A DNA stretch of 64,000 nt from Spirochaetaceae bacterium (GTDB taxonomy: Bacteria; Spirochaetota; Spirochaetia; DSM-27196; PWMO01), in NCBI GenBank assembly GCA_007693485.1, contig REDM01000165.1:39204-103203 (forward strand), given 5' to 3'. The notes under the pieces were generated by a model. That model was not told where the DNA came from and did not search any database. It worked only from the letters and a program-made list of their open reading frames with translations. Numbering within the stretch: position 1 is the stretch's first letter; each line of letters opens with the position of its first letter. Of this stretch, positions 8,199 to 17,494 are shown in pieces. A program made the position numbers and the translations under genes.

Positions 8199-10421
8199 AT
8201 GCGGCGCGTGACTGCCCTTCTTCTGGCGATACTATCAATTAATGCGGTATTCGCACAGTCCCTCACCCGGCAGCCTCCCGATGTTCTGCTCGATACGTGG
8301 CGAACCATCTCCGATTTTGGACCACGACACGAAAACAGCGACGGCGAGCGCCAACTATTTGACCTCATCGAACACCGATTCGCCCAGCATGGTATTTCGC
8401 TCCAGCGCGAGGCGTTGAGCACCTTCGCCGACGCGCACTCGTTCTCCTACGTTGCACACGCGGTCCTTCCCGCTGCGCAGGGTCAGACGAATGACGAGAT
8501 TATCATCGCGGTTCCGGTGAACCACCGGTTTGGTGCATCAGACCATCAGGAAGGGGCGCTTTCTCCCGCCGCGGCGCTCACTCTGTTTGAGCGAATCGTA
8601 GCGCGTGAACTCCCGGTTGCGGTGCGCTTTCTGTTTCTCGGAGGCGAAAAGGAACCGGCACCCGGCTACCCGCTCGGCAGTCGTGCGTTTGTCGACCAAT
8701 TTGATTCGGGGCGCCGAGCGCTGGTTCTCTACCTCGATCTGGAACGACCCACCGACGAGCTGGTCCTCGATGTCGGGGCGCCGGGAATCGTCGGCCCTTC
8801 GTGGGCACTGCAGATGGTTGCCGACGCGTTTGCCGCGGAGGCAGTTCGCTACCGCGCGCTCCCCATTCGCATGCAGTTGCATCGTGGACGATTTGCCGAC
8901 GATGTGCCGGCGCTTCGCCATTACCTCGAAGCGGGAATCCCGGCCATTCGCGTTCATTCCGGCGGCGTTGTTGCCGGCGACGATACCGATCACGCGCCAA
9001 CACTCCATACCACCGAACAGATGCTTACGGCGATTACCCGTCTGGTAGAAACAGCCAAGGCGCCGCTTCCCGAAGTCTGGGACCGACATTTCATCGCCTG
9101 GCAGATCGGCGAGCGCCTTCTGGTGACCGGCGAGCGCGAATATATCATCGCGATTCTCCTGTTCGCCACAATCGCGCTGCTCTACGCTGCCACGTTCCGA
9201 CACCGGTTCAAGCGATACACGCTCACCTTTCTGCGAAACGGGTGGGCAGTTCCCGCCATCACCCTGGTGTTGTTTCTCGCTCTGCTGCTGAGTACGGGTG
9301 TGCTGGTGCGTCTGCTGGAGCTGCGCGCCTATGCCGATCTGTGGCGCCACCGACCGAGGCTCTTTCTGGGAATCAAGCTGGTGCTCGCGGTGTTTCTCTT
9401 CTCTGTGACAACCCTTGCAGGGCGTAAAAAACTGTTGACCGCACCAAGCCGCTTCTATTCCGCGGCTGCCATCGTGTTCACCTTCATTGCAATTGTAGTG
9501 CTGGCGGTCGTCCAGGTCTCGTTTACCGTCTACTTCCTGTGGACGTTCGTATGGGCCTTTCTCTTCACCGTGGTTCCCTTCCGCCCTGCAAAGTTCTTCT
9601 GCCTGTTGATCGCGCCGGCTACTCTGATCCTGGCCGCCCATCAGATGACCACCGGTGAAGAGTTTGCAGCCGTTCGACTGCTGCTGCTCTCACCGATCCG
9701 CGGCAACCTTCTGCTGACCGTCGTGGTGCTCCCGTTTCTGCTCATGCTGATCCGTCTGGACTTCGCCGTACGACACCCACGGGCCGGTCGTCGCAGCTTC
9801 CTGTTGCGCATCGTTGCAACGGCATGCGCCGCGCTCATTCTGGTGCTGGCTCCCCTGGCAGTTGCGCTGCGTCCGTATGGACCGGGCACTCGTGAACCGG
9901 TGGTCGTGCACGAGACCGTCGATCTGGTGTCGTTTGACCACCGCATCGTGCTCCGTACACCAACGCAGCGCACCGACATTGCGTTTGCCCTTGACGACCG
10001 AAGCTATCTCTGGCGAGGCAACCCTATCACCGTCGGAGACATCGATCCTCAGGAGCATCGCGACGTACACGTGGAGTCACGTTCCTCCCGGTTTCTGGAG
10101 CGCAAACGGGTGCGGCTCACGCTATCGGCGGATGCGCCGGTGTATTCGGTCGAAATCGCGCTTCGTTCTGAGACGCCAATCATACTGTACGACGCCAACC
10201 TTCCCGTTCTCCTTTCGCCCGACGGGCGCAGCGGGCGCATCATTGTGGGAGTCACGCCCCCGCTTCCGCTTGAGGTCGATCTCACGTTCAGTGAAGACAG
10301 CGAGCCCACCGCACTCTGGAGCGTCACACTCTCGGCGCTTTCGGGCCCCTTCCTCCTGGAGGTTGATGACGCGGAGGTGACCGACGTGCGTCGTACGATT
10401 CGCTTCGCGCAAGAGCTCTGA
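8199..10421 (+). CDS. M28 peptidase-like periplasmic domain fused to a polytopic membrane domain and a C-terminal beta-rich domain
   Basis: Signal peptide MRRVTALLLAILSINAVFAQS. Blocks resembling M28 metal-site motifs (PVNHRFGASDHQEG, FLFLGGEKEPAPGYPLGSRAF) but substituted. Many hydrophobic helices in the central third. Confidence 0.6.
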   Translation: MRRVTALLLAILSINAVFAQSLTRQPPDVLLDTWRTISDFGPRHENSDGERQLFDLIEHRFAQHGISLQREALSTFADAHSFSYVAHAVLPAAQGQTNDEIIIAVPVNHRFGASDHQEGALSPAAALTLFERIVARELPVAVRFLFLGGEKEPAPGYPLGSRAFVDQFDSGRRALVLYLDLERPTDELVLDVGAPGIVGPSWALQMVADAFAAEAVRYRALPIRMQLHRGRFADDVPALRHYLEAGIPAIRVHSGGVVAGDDTDHAPTLHTTEQMLTAITRLVETAKAPLPEVWDRHFIAWQIGERLLVTGEREYIIAILLFATIALLYAATFRHRFKRYTLTFLRNGWAVPAITLVLFLALLLSTGVLVRLLELRAYADLWRHRPRLFLGIKLVLAVFLFSVTTLAGRKKLLTAPSRFYSAAAIVFTFIAIVVLAVVQVSFTVYFLWTFVWAFLFTVVPFRPAKFFCLLIAPATLILAAHQMTTGEEFAAVRLLLLSPIRGNLLLTVVVLPFLLMLIRLDFAVRHPRAGRRSFLLRIVATACAALILVLAPLAVALRPYGPGTREPVVVHETVDLVSFDHRIVLRTPTQRTDIAFALDDRSYLWRGNPITVGDIDPQEHRDVHVESRSSRFLERKRVRLTLSADAPVYSVEIALRSETPIILYDANLPVLLSPDGRSGRIIVGVTPPLPLEVDLTFSEDSEPTALWSVTLSALSGPFLLEVDDAEVTDVRRTIRFAQEL

Positions 10422-10422
10422 C

Positions 10423-11610
10423 ATGAGCCTTACGCCCGTGTTCTTTCATGTCGATCTGGACGCGTTTTACGCCTCGGTGGAACAGCTCGATCATCCGGAG
10501 TTTCGCGGAAAACCGGTGATCGTTGGCGCGCTGCCCGGCCGCAGGGGAGTTGTCTCAGCGTGTTCGTACGAAGCGCGGAAGTTTGGTATTCATTCTGCGA
10601 TGTCCGGATACGAAGCTCATCGTCGCTGCCCCCACGGGGTTTTTCTGCCGGTGCGCATGCAACGATACCAGGAGGTGTCGCGCCAGGTCATGGCCGTCTT
10701 CGCATCGTTCACTCCTGCACTCCAGCAGATCAGCGTTGACGAAGGCTTTCTGGACATGGCCGGCACCGAGCGACTCTTCGGTCCACCGCAGATCGCCGCA
10801 GCCCGACTGAAGGAGGCCGTGCGCAACGAGACCGGCCTTGCGGTCACCGTAGGCATCGCTTCGAGTCGCTATATCGCCAAACTCGCCTCCGCGTACGACA
10901 AACCCGATGGGCAGTATCAGGTTTGCCCCGGCGAGGAGGCGGATTTTGTTCTCCAGCTGCCGATCGATGACCTGTGGGGCGTTGGAAAGAAGACACTCGC
11001 CCGCCTTCGCGCATTTGGTATTGATTCGGTGGCACGGCTGCGTGAATGCGAACTGCCCTTCCTTCGAGGACACTTTGGTGAGTCGTCGGGAGACTATCTC
11101 TATCAGGTGTGTCGCGGGATCGATCCCGGAATCTATCGGGATGCGGGGCGGTCCCACTCGATCAGCAGTGAGACCACCTTCGAAACCGATATCGATGACC
11201 CTGACATCGTCAATCGAACCGTGCTCGAGCTTGCCGAACACGTCATGTTCCGGCTTCGCGAAGAGCGGATGCGGAGCTCAACGGTAACGGTGAAGGTACG
11301 TGACCATGACTTCCAGACAACCAGTGCTCAACGGAGCTTGAAGCACCCGGTCACCTCGGTCGATGAGCTGTTTCAGGTCGCCAAGGAGCTCATCGCCAAA
11401 CGGTGGAACCAGGCGGTTCCGCTCCGGCTCGTGGGGCTTGGAGTCTCCGGGGTTACGCCTGACGGCGGAGAGGCCCAGGGATCGCTGTTCGAAGACGAGA
11501 CCGCTACCAGACGCCGCGCGGTCGAAGAGGCCCTGGTACAGCTGCGTCGCAAACACCCCGAGACGCCTCAGATCACCCGGGCCCGCCTGCTCTCCGAAGA
11601 CAGCGACTAA
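10423..11610 (+). CDS. dinB: DNA polymerase IV (Y-family)
   Basis: FFHVDLDAFYASVEQ, ISVDEGFLD, and a helix-hairpin-helix region around LWGVGKKT. Confidence 0.9.
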   Translation: MSLTPVFFHVDLDAFYASVEQLDHPEFRGKPVIVGALPGRRGVVSACSYEARKFGIHSAMSGYEAHRRCPHGVFLPVRMQRYQEVSRQVMAVFASFTPALQQISVDEGFLDMAGTERLFGPPQIAAARLKEAVRNETGLAVTVGIASSRYIAKLASAYDKPDGQYQVCPGEEADFVLQLPIDDLWGVGKKTLARLRAFGIDSVARLRECELPFLRGHFGESSGDYLYQVCRGIDPGIYRDAGRSHSISSETTFETDIDDPDIVNRTVLELAEHVMFRLREERMRSSTVTVKVRDHDFQTTSAQRSLKHPVTSVDELFQVAKELIAKRWNQAVPLRLVGLGVSGVTPDGGEAQGSLFEDETATRRRAVEEALVQLRRKHPETPQITRARLLSEDSD

Positions 11611-12098
11611 CCCTCGCTATTCGACGGCGCAACCTGCGCTACCAGCGGCGCGACAACCAGCGCGAGCGCCTCGAGCAGGGCGCGATCGTGCTCGGTAAAC
11701 GGTGACACGGAATGTGAATCGATATCGATTTCTCCAACCACCTGCCCGGCATGGAACACCGGAACAACGATCTCAGCACGAACCTTCACGCTGCACGAGA
11801 GATAATTGGACTGGGTCTGCACATCATCCACCACGAAGGTCTCTTTCCGCTCCGCGGCCTGTCCGCAGATCCCGCGACCGAACTCGATCCTCAGGTGTTC
11901 GGTTGGCTCGCCCGCAAACGGTCCCAGCACCAGCAAGCGCTCGCCGGGGACAACCAGATAAAACCCGACCCAATCGTACGCAGAAACGCACTGCCGAAGA
12001 TAATCACAGAGTCGATGCAGACGCATCCCCGCCGACCCATCACCGTCAAGGATGGCAACTGCTTCCCGATAGATTGTCTCACGTTCTGATGCCGTCAT
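11607..12098 (-). CDS. GAF domain protein, free methionine-(R)-sulfoxide reductase-like
   Basis: About 160-aa single GAF domain with GRGICGQAA and YLSCS...AEIVVPV blocks typical of YebR/fRMsr-type proteins. Confidence 0.7.
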   Translation of the reverse strand: MTASERETIYREAVAILDGDGSAGMRLHRLCDYLRQCVSAYDWVGFYLVVPGERLLVLGPFAGEPTEHLRIEFGRGICGQAAERKETFVVDDVQTQSNYLSCSVKVRAEIVVPVFHAGQVVGEIDIDSHSVSPFTEHDRALLEALALVVAPLVAQVAPSNSEG

Positions 12099-12151
12099 GA
12101 ATTGGCACTCTCCCTCTTGATGTTGAACCGGCTTGTTACTACTATGCGCCC

Positions 12152-13378
12152 ATGATTCAGATTAATGAGCACTACACCAAACTCCAGGCATCGTATTTGT
12201 TTACCGACATTGCCCGACGGGTGGAAGCGTACCAGAAAGCCAACCCGGACGCCAAGGTAATCAAGCTGGGCATTGGAGACGTTACCCAGCCGCTGACCGA
12301 ATCGGTAATATCGGCGTTCCACCGTGCAATCGACGAAATGGCGGTAGACTCGACATTCCGCGGCTACGGCCCCGAGCAGGGGTACGAGTTCCTCCGGACC
12401 ACAATCGCACAAAACGACTATCGCGCTCGAGGCGTAGCGATCGAACCCGATGAGGTCTTTGTGTCCGATGGTGCCAAGTGTGATTCCGGTAACTTTCAAG
12501 AGCTTTTTGGAACCGATACGGTGATCGCAGTTCCCGATCCGGTTTACCCCGTCTACGTGGATACGAACGTGATGGCCGGTCGAACCGGAGCGTGGGCCGA
12601 CGGCCGATACCAGGGTCTGGTCTACCTCGACGGGACTCCATCCAACGGGTTTGTTCCCTCGCCCCCCGATCAACCGGTTGACCTGATCTATCTTTGTTTT
12701 CCCAATAACCCCACCGGCGCTGTGGCGCGTCGCGAGCAGCTGCAGGAGTGGGTCGAGTACGCCCGTCGCAACCGGGCGCTGATTTTGTTTGATGCAGCGT
12801 ACGTTGAGTTCATTCGCGACCCCGAGATTCCTCACTCCATCTTTGAGATCCCCGGTGCCAGCGAAGTTGCCGTTGAGTTTCGCAGTTTCTCCAAGACCGC
12901 AGGGTTCACCGGAACACGATGCGCGTATACCGTGGTTCCCAAAGCATGCACCGCATATCGAACCGACGGAAGCCCACACAGCGTACGTGATCTCTGGAGC
13001 CGACGGCAGACTACCAAGTTCAACGGTGTCTCGTATCCGGTACAGCGCGCGGCAGCGGCGGTCTATTCGCCCGAGGGACAACAAGAGATTCGCGCGCTAT
13101 CGGATTACTATCTCGAAAACGCTCGTATCATTCGATCGGGGATGGAAGCGATTGGGCACTCCTGCACGGGCGGGTCGGACGCACCCTACATCTGGGTTGA
13201 TGCGAAGGGTGCTGGTTCGTGGGACCTGTTTGAGAAACTCCTTCACACGGCGGCGGTGGTTACCACCCCGGGCAGCGGGTTTGGCAAACGGGGCGAGGGG
13301 TTCATCCGTATCAGTGCGTTTAACCACCGCGAACGGGTGGAAGAGGCCATGGAACGGATTCAGGCGGCCCTTCGCTGA
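12152..13378 (+). CDS. dapL: LL-diaminopimelate aminotransferase (DapL-type)
   Basis: [25 protein letters not shown]-terminus, class I aminotransferase fold, PLP lysine context [10 protein letters not shown]. Confidence 0.85.
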   Translation: MIQINEHYTKLQASYLFTDIARRVEAYQKANPDAKVIKLGIGDVTQPLTESVISAFHRAIDEMAVDSTFRGYGPEQGYEFLRTTIAQNDYRARGVAIEPDEVFVSDGAKCDSGNFQELFGTDTVIAVPDPVYPVYVDTNVMAGRTGAWADGRYQGLVYLDGTPSNGFVPSPPDQPVDLIYLCFPNNPTGAVARREQLQEWVEYARRNRALILFDAAYVEFIRDPEIPHSIFEIPGASEVAVEFRSFSKTAGFTGTRCAYTVVPKACTAYRTDGSPHSVRDLWSRRQTTKFNGVSYPVQRAAAAVYSPEGQQEIRALSDYYLENARIIRSGMEAIGHSCTGGSDAPYIWVDAKGAGSWDLFEKLLHTAAVVTTPGSGFGKRGEGFIRISAFNHRERVEEAMERIQAALR

Positions 13379-13385
13379 TTGCGCA

Positions 13386-13412
13386 TCGATCGGGGCACAG
13401 CCCGCCGATCGA
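13386..13412. terminator. 8-bp hairpin (tcgatcgg ... ccgatcga) between the convergent dapL and ribA
   Basis: Perfect inverted repeat with an 11-nt loop in the 60-bp convergent gap. Confidence 0.3.
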
Positions 13413-13438
13413 CCCCACACGAAGGGAAACCCCGTGCA

Positions 13439-14242
13439 CTAAAACAGGTGGCCCATCTTCTCGCGCTTGGTTTCCATGTAGAACTCATTGTGCGGGTTGG
13501 TGGGCATTTGAATGGGAATCCGCCTGGTGACCTCCACCCCTTCATTGGTGAGCTTCTCGATCTTGTCAGGATTGTTGGTCAGCAGCGCCACCGACCGGAT
13601 ACCAAGGAGATCCAGGATTCGAGCGGCGACGCCGTAACTCCTGGCCTCTGCCGGATACCCGAGATACTCGTTTGCCTCTACGGTGTCAAGACCAAGATCC
13701 TGAAGATGATAGGCTTTGATTTTGTTCAGCAGGCCAATACCACGCCCTTCCTGCCGCAGGTAGACAACCGCCCCGCGGTCCTGGGAAGCAACAAACTTGA
13801 TTGCCGCCTCGAGCTGATCGCGACAGTCGCATCGAAGCGAGCCCCACACATCACCGGTGTGGCACTCGGAGTGCACGCGAACGGGACAGTCGACTGCCTG
13901 ATCCACAACACCGTGCACGATCGCGGTGTGCTCCGCGCCGATTCCCGCCTCGTAGAAGCCGTACAGCGTGAAGGTTCCGTACCGGGTAGGAAAGTCAACG
14001 CTTGCAACCAGCTGCACACAGTCTGCCGGGTCGACATCATCACCCGGGTCGGTACAGTACGCCTCTTCGGGCACGAAACTCGGTGGTCCTGCGAGTTTCT
14101 TTTGCAGCTCACTGCGTTGATCGAAGTGGTGCCCGTTTGGTTTCGATCGTCGTACGCTCTCCGCACCGGCGGAATCCAACAGCCCCCCGGGTGGGTGCCC
14201 AGTATCGCCACCCGACTGGGCGTCCCGCAGTAGCTTACTCAT
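13439..14242 (-). CDS. ribA: GTP cyclohydrolase II with an N-terminal low-complexity extension of about 75 aa
   Basis: Core VRVHSECHTGDVWGSLRCDCRDQL...RQEGRGIGLLNKIKAY...NNPDK aligns by eye with E. coli RibA. Start set at ATG 14242, which has GGAGGA 4 nt upstream; the ORF extends to 14353 without an SD. Confidence 0.85.
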   Translation of the reverse strand: MSKLLRDAQSGGDTGHPPGGLLDSAGAESVRRSKPNGHHFDQRSELQKKLAGPPSFVPEEAYCTDPGDDVDPADCVQLVASVDFPTRYGTFTLYGFYEAGIGAEHTAIVHGVVDQAVDCPVRVHSECHTGDVWGSLRCDCRDQLEAAIKFVASQDRGAVVYLRQEGRGIGLLNKIKAYHLQDLGLDTVEANEYLGYPAEARSYGVAARILDLLGIRSVALLTNNPDKIEKLTNEGVEVTRRIPIQMPTNPHNEFYMETKREKMGHLF

Positions 14243-14377
14243 TAATTCCTCCAAAGGTGAATACACCGGCGCGTTGTTCTTTTTTGAAAGGTAGTAACGA
14301 ATTGGTGCCGTGTCAAACCATTTCACGGCACTTGTCGAGTCGTCGTTTTCCATGCAGACTTCCGCTGGAGCCGCCTC

Positions 14378-15031
14378 ATGAACCCGCGACCAACGGTACT
14401 ACTCAGTTACGCTCAGAGCGTCGACGGACGGATCGCAACAATCACCGGCGATTCGCGCTGGATCTCCGGGGACGATACACTCACCCTCGCCCATACCCTG
14501 CGCCACCAGAACGACGCGATCATGGTGGGCATCGGTACCGTTCTGCGTGACGACCCCGAGCTCTCGTGCCGACTTCCTGAGGGCCGTTCACCGGTGCGCG
14601 TAATCCTGGACTCTGCACTGCAGACGCCGCTGACATCGCGCATTGCACAGACTTCGGGAGCTCAACCGACCATCCTGTTCTGCGCTCCCGATCCCGATCC
14701 TCTTCGGCTTGCCCGGCTCCAGGATTGCGGCATCGATGTGGTCGCGGTTTCTCGCGGTACCGCTGGTCTCCAACTGCAAGCGGTGCTCGCGGAGCTCGCC
14801 GGGCGCGCCATTGGTTCTCTCTTTGTGGAGGGCGGCGCCGCGGTGCTTACCGCCTTTCTGCGGGAGCGGCTGGTTGACCGCCTTCTGGTCGTAATTGCCC
14901 CAATGATCATCGGCCGTGGCGTCGAGTCCGTGGGGGAACTCGGTGTCCGGGCAATGGCCGAGGCGATTCGATTCACCCCAGTCTCTCTGGAACAGCTGGG
15001 AAACGATCTGGTGTGGGAGTTGCGTCCGTGA
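14378..15031 (+). CDS. RibD C-terminal-type pyrimidine reductase (reductase domain only, no deaminase domain)
   Basis: SVDGRIA...WISG...LRHQNDAIMVGIGTVLRDDPELSCR...VEGGAAVL...LVDRLLVVIAP matches the RibD_C/DHFR-like reductase pattern. No CMP/dCMP-type zinc deaminase motif. Confidence 0.75.
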   Translation: MNPRPTVLLSYAQSVDGRIATITGDSRWISGDDTLTLAHTLRHQNDAIMVGIGTVLRDDPELSCRLPEGRSPVRVILDSALQTPLTSRIAQTSGAQPTILFCAPDPDPLRLARLQDCGIDVVAVSRGTAGLQLQAVLAELAGRAIGSLFVEGGAAVLTAFLRERLVDRLLVVIAPMIIGRGVESVGELGVRAMAEAIRFTPVSLEQLGNDLVWELRP

Positions 15032-15807
15032 ATGCCCGTCTTGCGTCCGCGGTCGGACTCACCCGATCGTTTCTGGTCTATTACGGGATTCCATTTCGGA
15101 TCAGGACACTGCGTCGCACCTATACCCAGTTTCTCGGTCCCGGCGACCTCGCCTTTGACGTCGGAGCTCACGTCGGAAACCGCGTTCTTGCCTGGTTACG
15201 ACTGGGCGCGCGAGTGATTGCCGTGGAGCCGCAACCGTCCTGCGTGCGGCTGCTCCGCCGGCTGTACGGCCGTAACCCTCGGGTGACCATCGATCCTCGC
15301 GCCGTCAGCGTGGCCCCGGGACCGGTTACCCTGTACCTCTCAGCTCGCCACCCCACCCTCACCACGGTGTCGGATCGCTGGGTGAATCGGGCATCCAACG
15401 TTGAGGGTTTTTCACACGTGAGGTGGGAGAGGACAGTCTCCGTTCCCGCCTGCACCGTAGACGATCTCATTGCGCGCTACGGAATGCCGAGGTTCATCAA
15501 GGTCGATGTCGAAGGCTACGAAGATCAGGTGATCGCGTCACTGTCGACACCGGTGGAGGCGCTCTCGTTCGAGGTGCTCACCGCCGATCTGGATATTGCC
15601 GACCGCTGCATCGATCATCTCGAGCGACTCTGCTCGTACCGCTATCAGTTTTCTGCCGGTGAATCGCTGCGCATTGATCCGTCAGGATGGGTGGACGCGG
15701 CCGCCATTCGGGCACTGCTGCGGTCGCTTCCGGCGTCGATCACCTCCGGTGACGTGTACGCAACCCGGAGTGCTCACCCACACGGCGCAGGATCGCAGCG
15801 CGGATAA
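15013..15807 (+). CDS. FkbM-family SAM-dependent methyltransferase
   Basis: FDVGAHVGNRVLAWLRLGARVIAVEPQP and ...IKVDVEGYE blocks. GTG start at 15013, or at 15028 (GTGA overlap with the upstream stop). Confidence 0.7.
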   Translation: MGVASVNARLASAVGLTRSFLVYYGIPFRIRTLRRTYTQFLGPGDLAFDVGAHVGNRVLAWLRLGARVIAVEPQPSCVRLLRRLYGRNPRVTIDPRAVSVAPGPVTLYLSARHPTLTTVSDRWVNRASNVEGFSHVRWERTVSVPACTVDDLIARYGMPRFIKVDVEGYEDQVIASLSTPVEALSFEVLTADLDIADRCIDHLERLCSYRYQFSAGESLRIDPSGWVDAAAIRALLRSLPASITSGDVYATRSAHPHGAGSQRG

Positions 15808-15825
15808 GCCGCCGGAATACCGCCA

Positions 15826-16320
15826 TCAGGTACTCTCGAGCTCGTGTACCAGGGCATCGAAGATGGTCATCATGTCCGTTGTCGTGCGGCGAACCCGACC
15901 CGCGAGGATTCGCGCGATCGCCCGCGTGATCGGCAGGGCGATGTGGGGTGCCCGCTCGCCAAGCGCCAGAAAGTCGCTCTTGCGGATCACCAGAAACTGT
16001 GAGTTCTCGGTGGCAATTACCGTGGCCGATCGACGGTCGTCGTCAATCAGTGCGAGCTCACCAAAAAACACGTTGTCGGTGTCCCGAAGCCGCACAACGG
16101 TATAGGAGTCGCCGGCACGGGTCTGTTTTCGAATCTCCACCCCACCGGAGCGTACGATGAACAATTCGTCGCCGCTCTCGCCTTCCTCGATCACCACCGA
16201 CCCGGATGGCACCCGTCGTTCGGTGGTTATTGCGAGCACCTCGCCGAGAGCCGCATCGTCGCCGGCCAGGTCCGTGAAGAGCGGAATCGCCCGAAGCTTC
16301 TCGATCGCGTGCTCAGCCAC
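15826..16320 (-). CDS. Stand-alone cyclic-nucleotide-binding domain protein
   Basis: Single CNB domain with FGELALIDDDRRSATV. GTG start overlaps the K+ channel stop by 8 nt. Confidence 0.8.
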   Translation of the reverse strand: MAEHAIEKLRAIPLFTDLAGDDAALGEVLAITTERRVPSGSVVIEEGESGDELFIVRSGGVEIRKQTRAGDSYTVVRLRDTDNVFFGELALIDDDRRSATVIATENSQFLVIRKSDFLALGERAPHIALPITRAIARILAGRVRRTTTDMMTIFDALVHELEST

Positions 16321-17494
16321 GGGAGCGCTCCGCGTCCACCGAGTTACTGCGGGTCAGGAGGATCGCCTGACTGTAGCGAGGTACAAGATAGTCATCCGGC
16401 GGGAGAAGAACCGGCCGGTTCACTTCCAGCTCCTTTACCTTCTGCAGGTTGGAAACCAGTTTTGACACGTCTGACGTTTTTTGCGCTTCACGCAACGATT
16501 CAATCTTCATGCGCACGGGAGACCCGGTATTCTCCAGGACTCCAAGTACGATGGTCTCCGAGCGTCCCGCAAGGGCGGCGCGATAGTCGGCGAACGGCCG
16601 GTCGATGAAGTCGGAAGGGACCTCCTCGGTAACCAGTCGCGAGCGCCCCCCGGAATCCGAGAGCAGGGCATGGATGATGTGGCTCATGCCGTTGGTTGCC
16701 GAACTCGACGCAAGCACGTGGCGCGAGAGCTCGCGACTCAGCAACACCTCGTCGCACGCCGCCTGCCGCAGATATCCTTCAAACTTCGCGTCCATCAGCT
16801 CCGCGGTGACGTAGACGTCACGCCGGATCGCCTTCGCGGTAAGCACGGTCATGACCGTCTTGGAGTCAACCTCCGACGGCGCCGAACTCTCCAGCTCGTC
16901 GGCAAGCACCAGTACCTTGCGCGCACCGGTTACCCCAGCTCGTCGCAACGAGGCATCGGCGTAGTAGTCGCCCCGCACGAACTTCAGGTCGCGCAACTCG
17001 CTCTCCTGCTGCAGCTCTTCCACCCGCTCGCCGTCGACGTTGGAGACCACCACGATGTTCGAGGCGGTGAACGCGAGCGCCGTTCGCACGATGTCCAGCA
17101 ATACCGCTTCCATATCGTTCTTCCAGCCGCACACTACCAGATGATGCTTCTGTTTTCGAAACTCCATAAGGCCCCTTCTTGCTTTTGCGCTCCGATCGAC
17201 AAACCACGAAGCCAGTCCGCCGGAGAGCAGACTCATTGCGCCAACCCCGATCAGGATGACCAACACCGCCATGATCCGGCCGCCGAGGGTGATTGGAACC
17301 TTGTCGCCGTAGCCGGTGGTGCTGATGGTGATGACGGCCCACCAGAATCCATCAATCAGATTGGCGAACTGATCGTTCCGCGAGCGCTCGAATACGATCA
17401 TGAGAACAGACGCGAATACGAAGAAAGAAACTAGGAACAGTGCCGGACGCGTGTAGTGCGATCGAGCAAGCCGGGAAACGATCCGCGAACGCAT
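16313..17494 (-). CDS. Two-TM K+ channel with cytoplasmic RCK/TrkA-N domain (MthK-like)
   Basis: Selectivity filter TTGYGD between two TM helices. Rossmann-like HHLVVCGWKN after the pore. ATGA overlap with the upstream kinase gene. Confidence 0.85.
   Translation of the reverse strand: MRSRIVSRLARSHYTRPALFLVSFFVFASVLMIVFERSRNDQFANLIDGFWWAVITISTTGYGDKVPITLGGRIMAVLVILIGVGAMSLLSGGLASWFVDRSAKARRGLMEFRKQKHHLVVCGWKNDMEAVLLDIVRTALAFTASNIVVVSNVDGERVEELQQESELRDLKFVRGDYYADASLRRAGVTGARKVLVLADELESSAPSEVDSKTVMTVLTAKAIRRDVYVTAELMDAKFEGYLRQAACDEVLLSRELSRHVLASSSATNGMSHIIHALLSDSGGRSRLVTEEVPSDFIDRPFADYRAALAGRSETIVLGVLENTGSPVRMKIESLREAQKTSDVSKLVSNLQKVKELEVNRPVLLPPDDYLVPRYSQAILLTRSNSVDAERSRG

Noticed and set aside
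8134-8238. Longer form of the nitroreductase ORF overlapping the start of the divergent M28-like gene
   Set aside because: TTG 8133 with GGGAGG 5 nt upstream gives a typical nitroreductase N-terminus. The extension has no family counterpart.
14243-14353. Longer N-terminal extension of ribA (ORF start at 14353)
   Set aside because: A strong GGAGGA SD precedes the internal ATG at 14242. The upstream 37 codons are AT-richer and would leave only 24 bp to the divergent gene.
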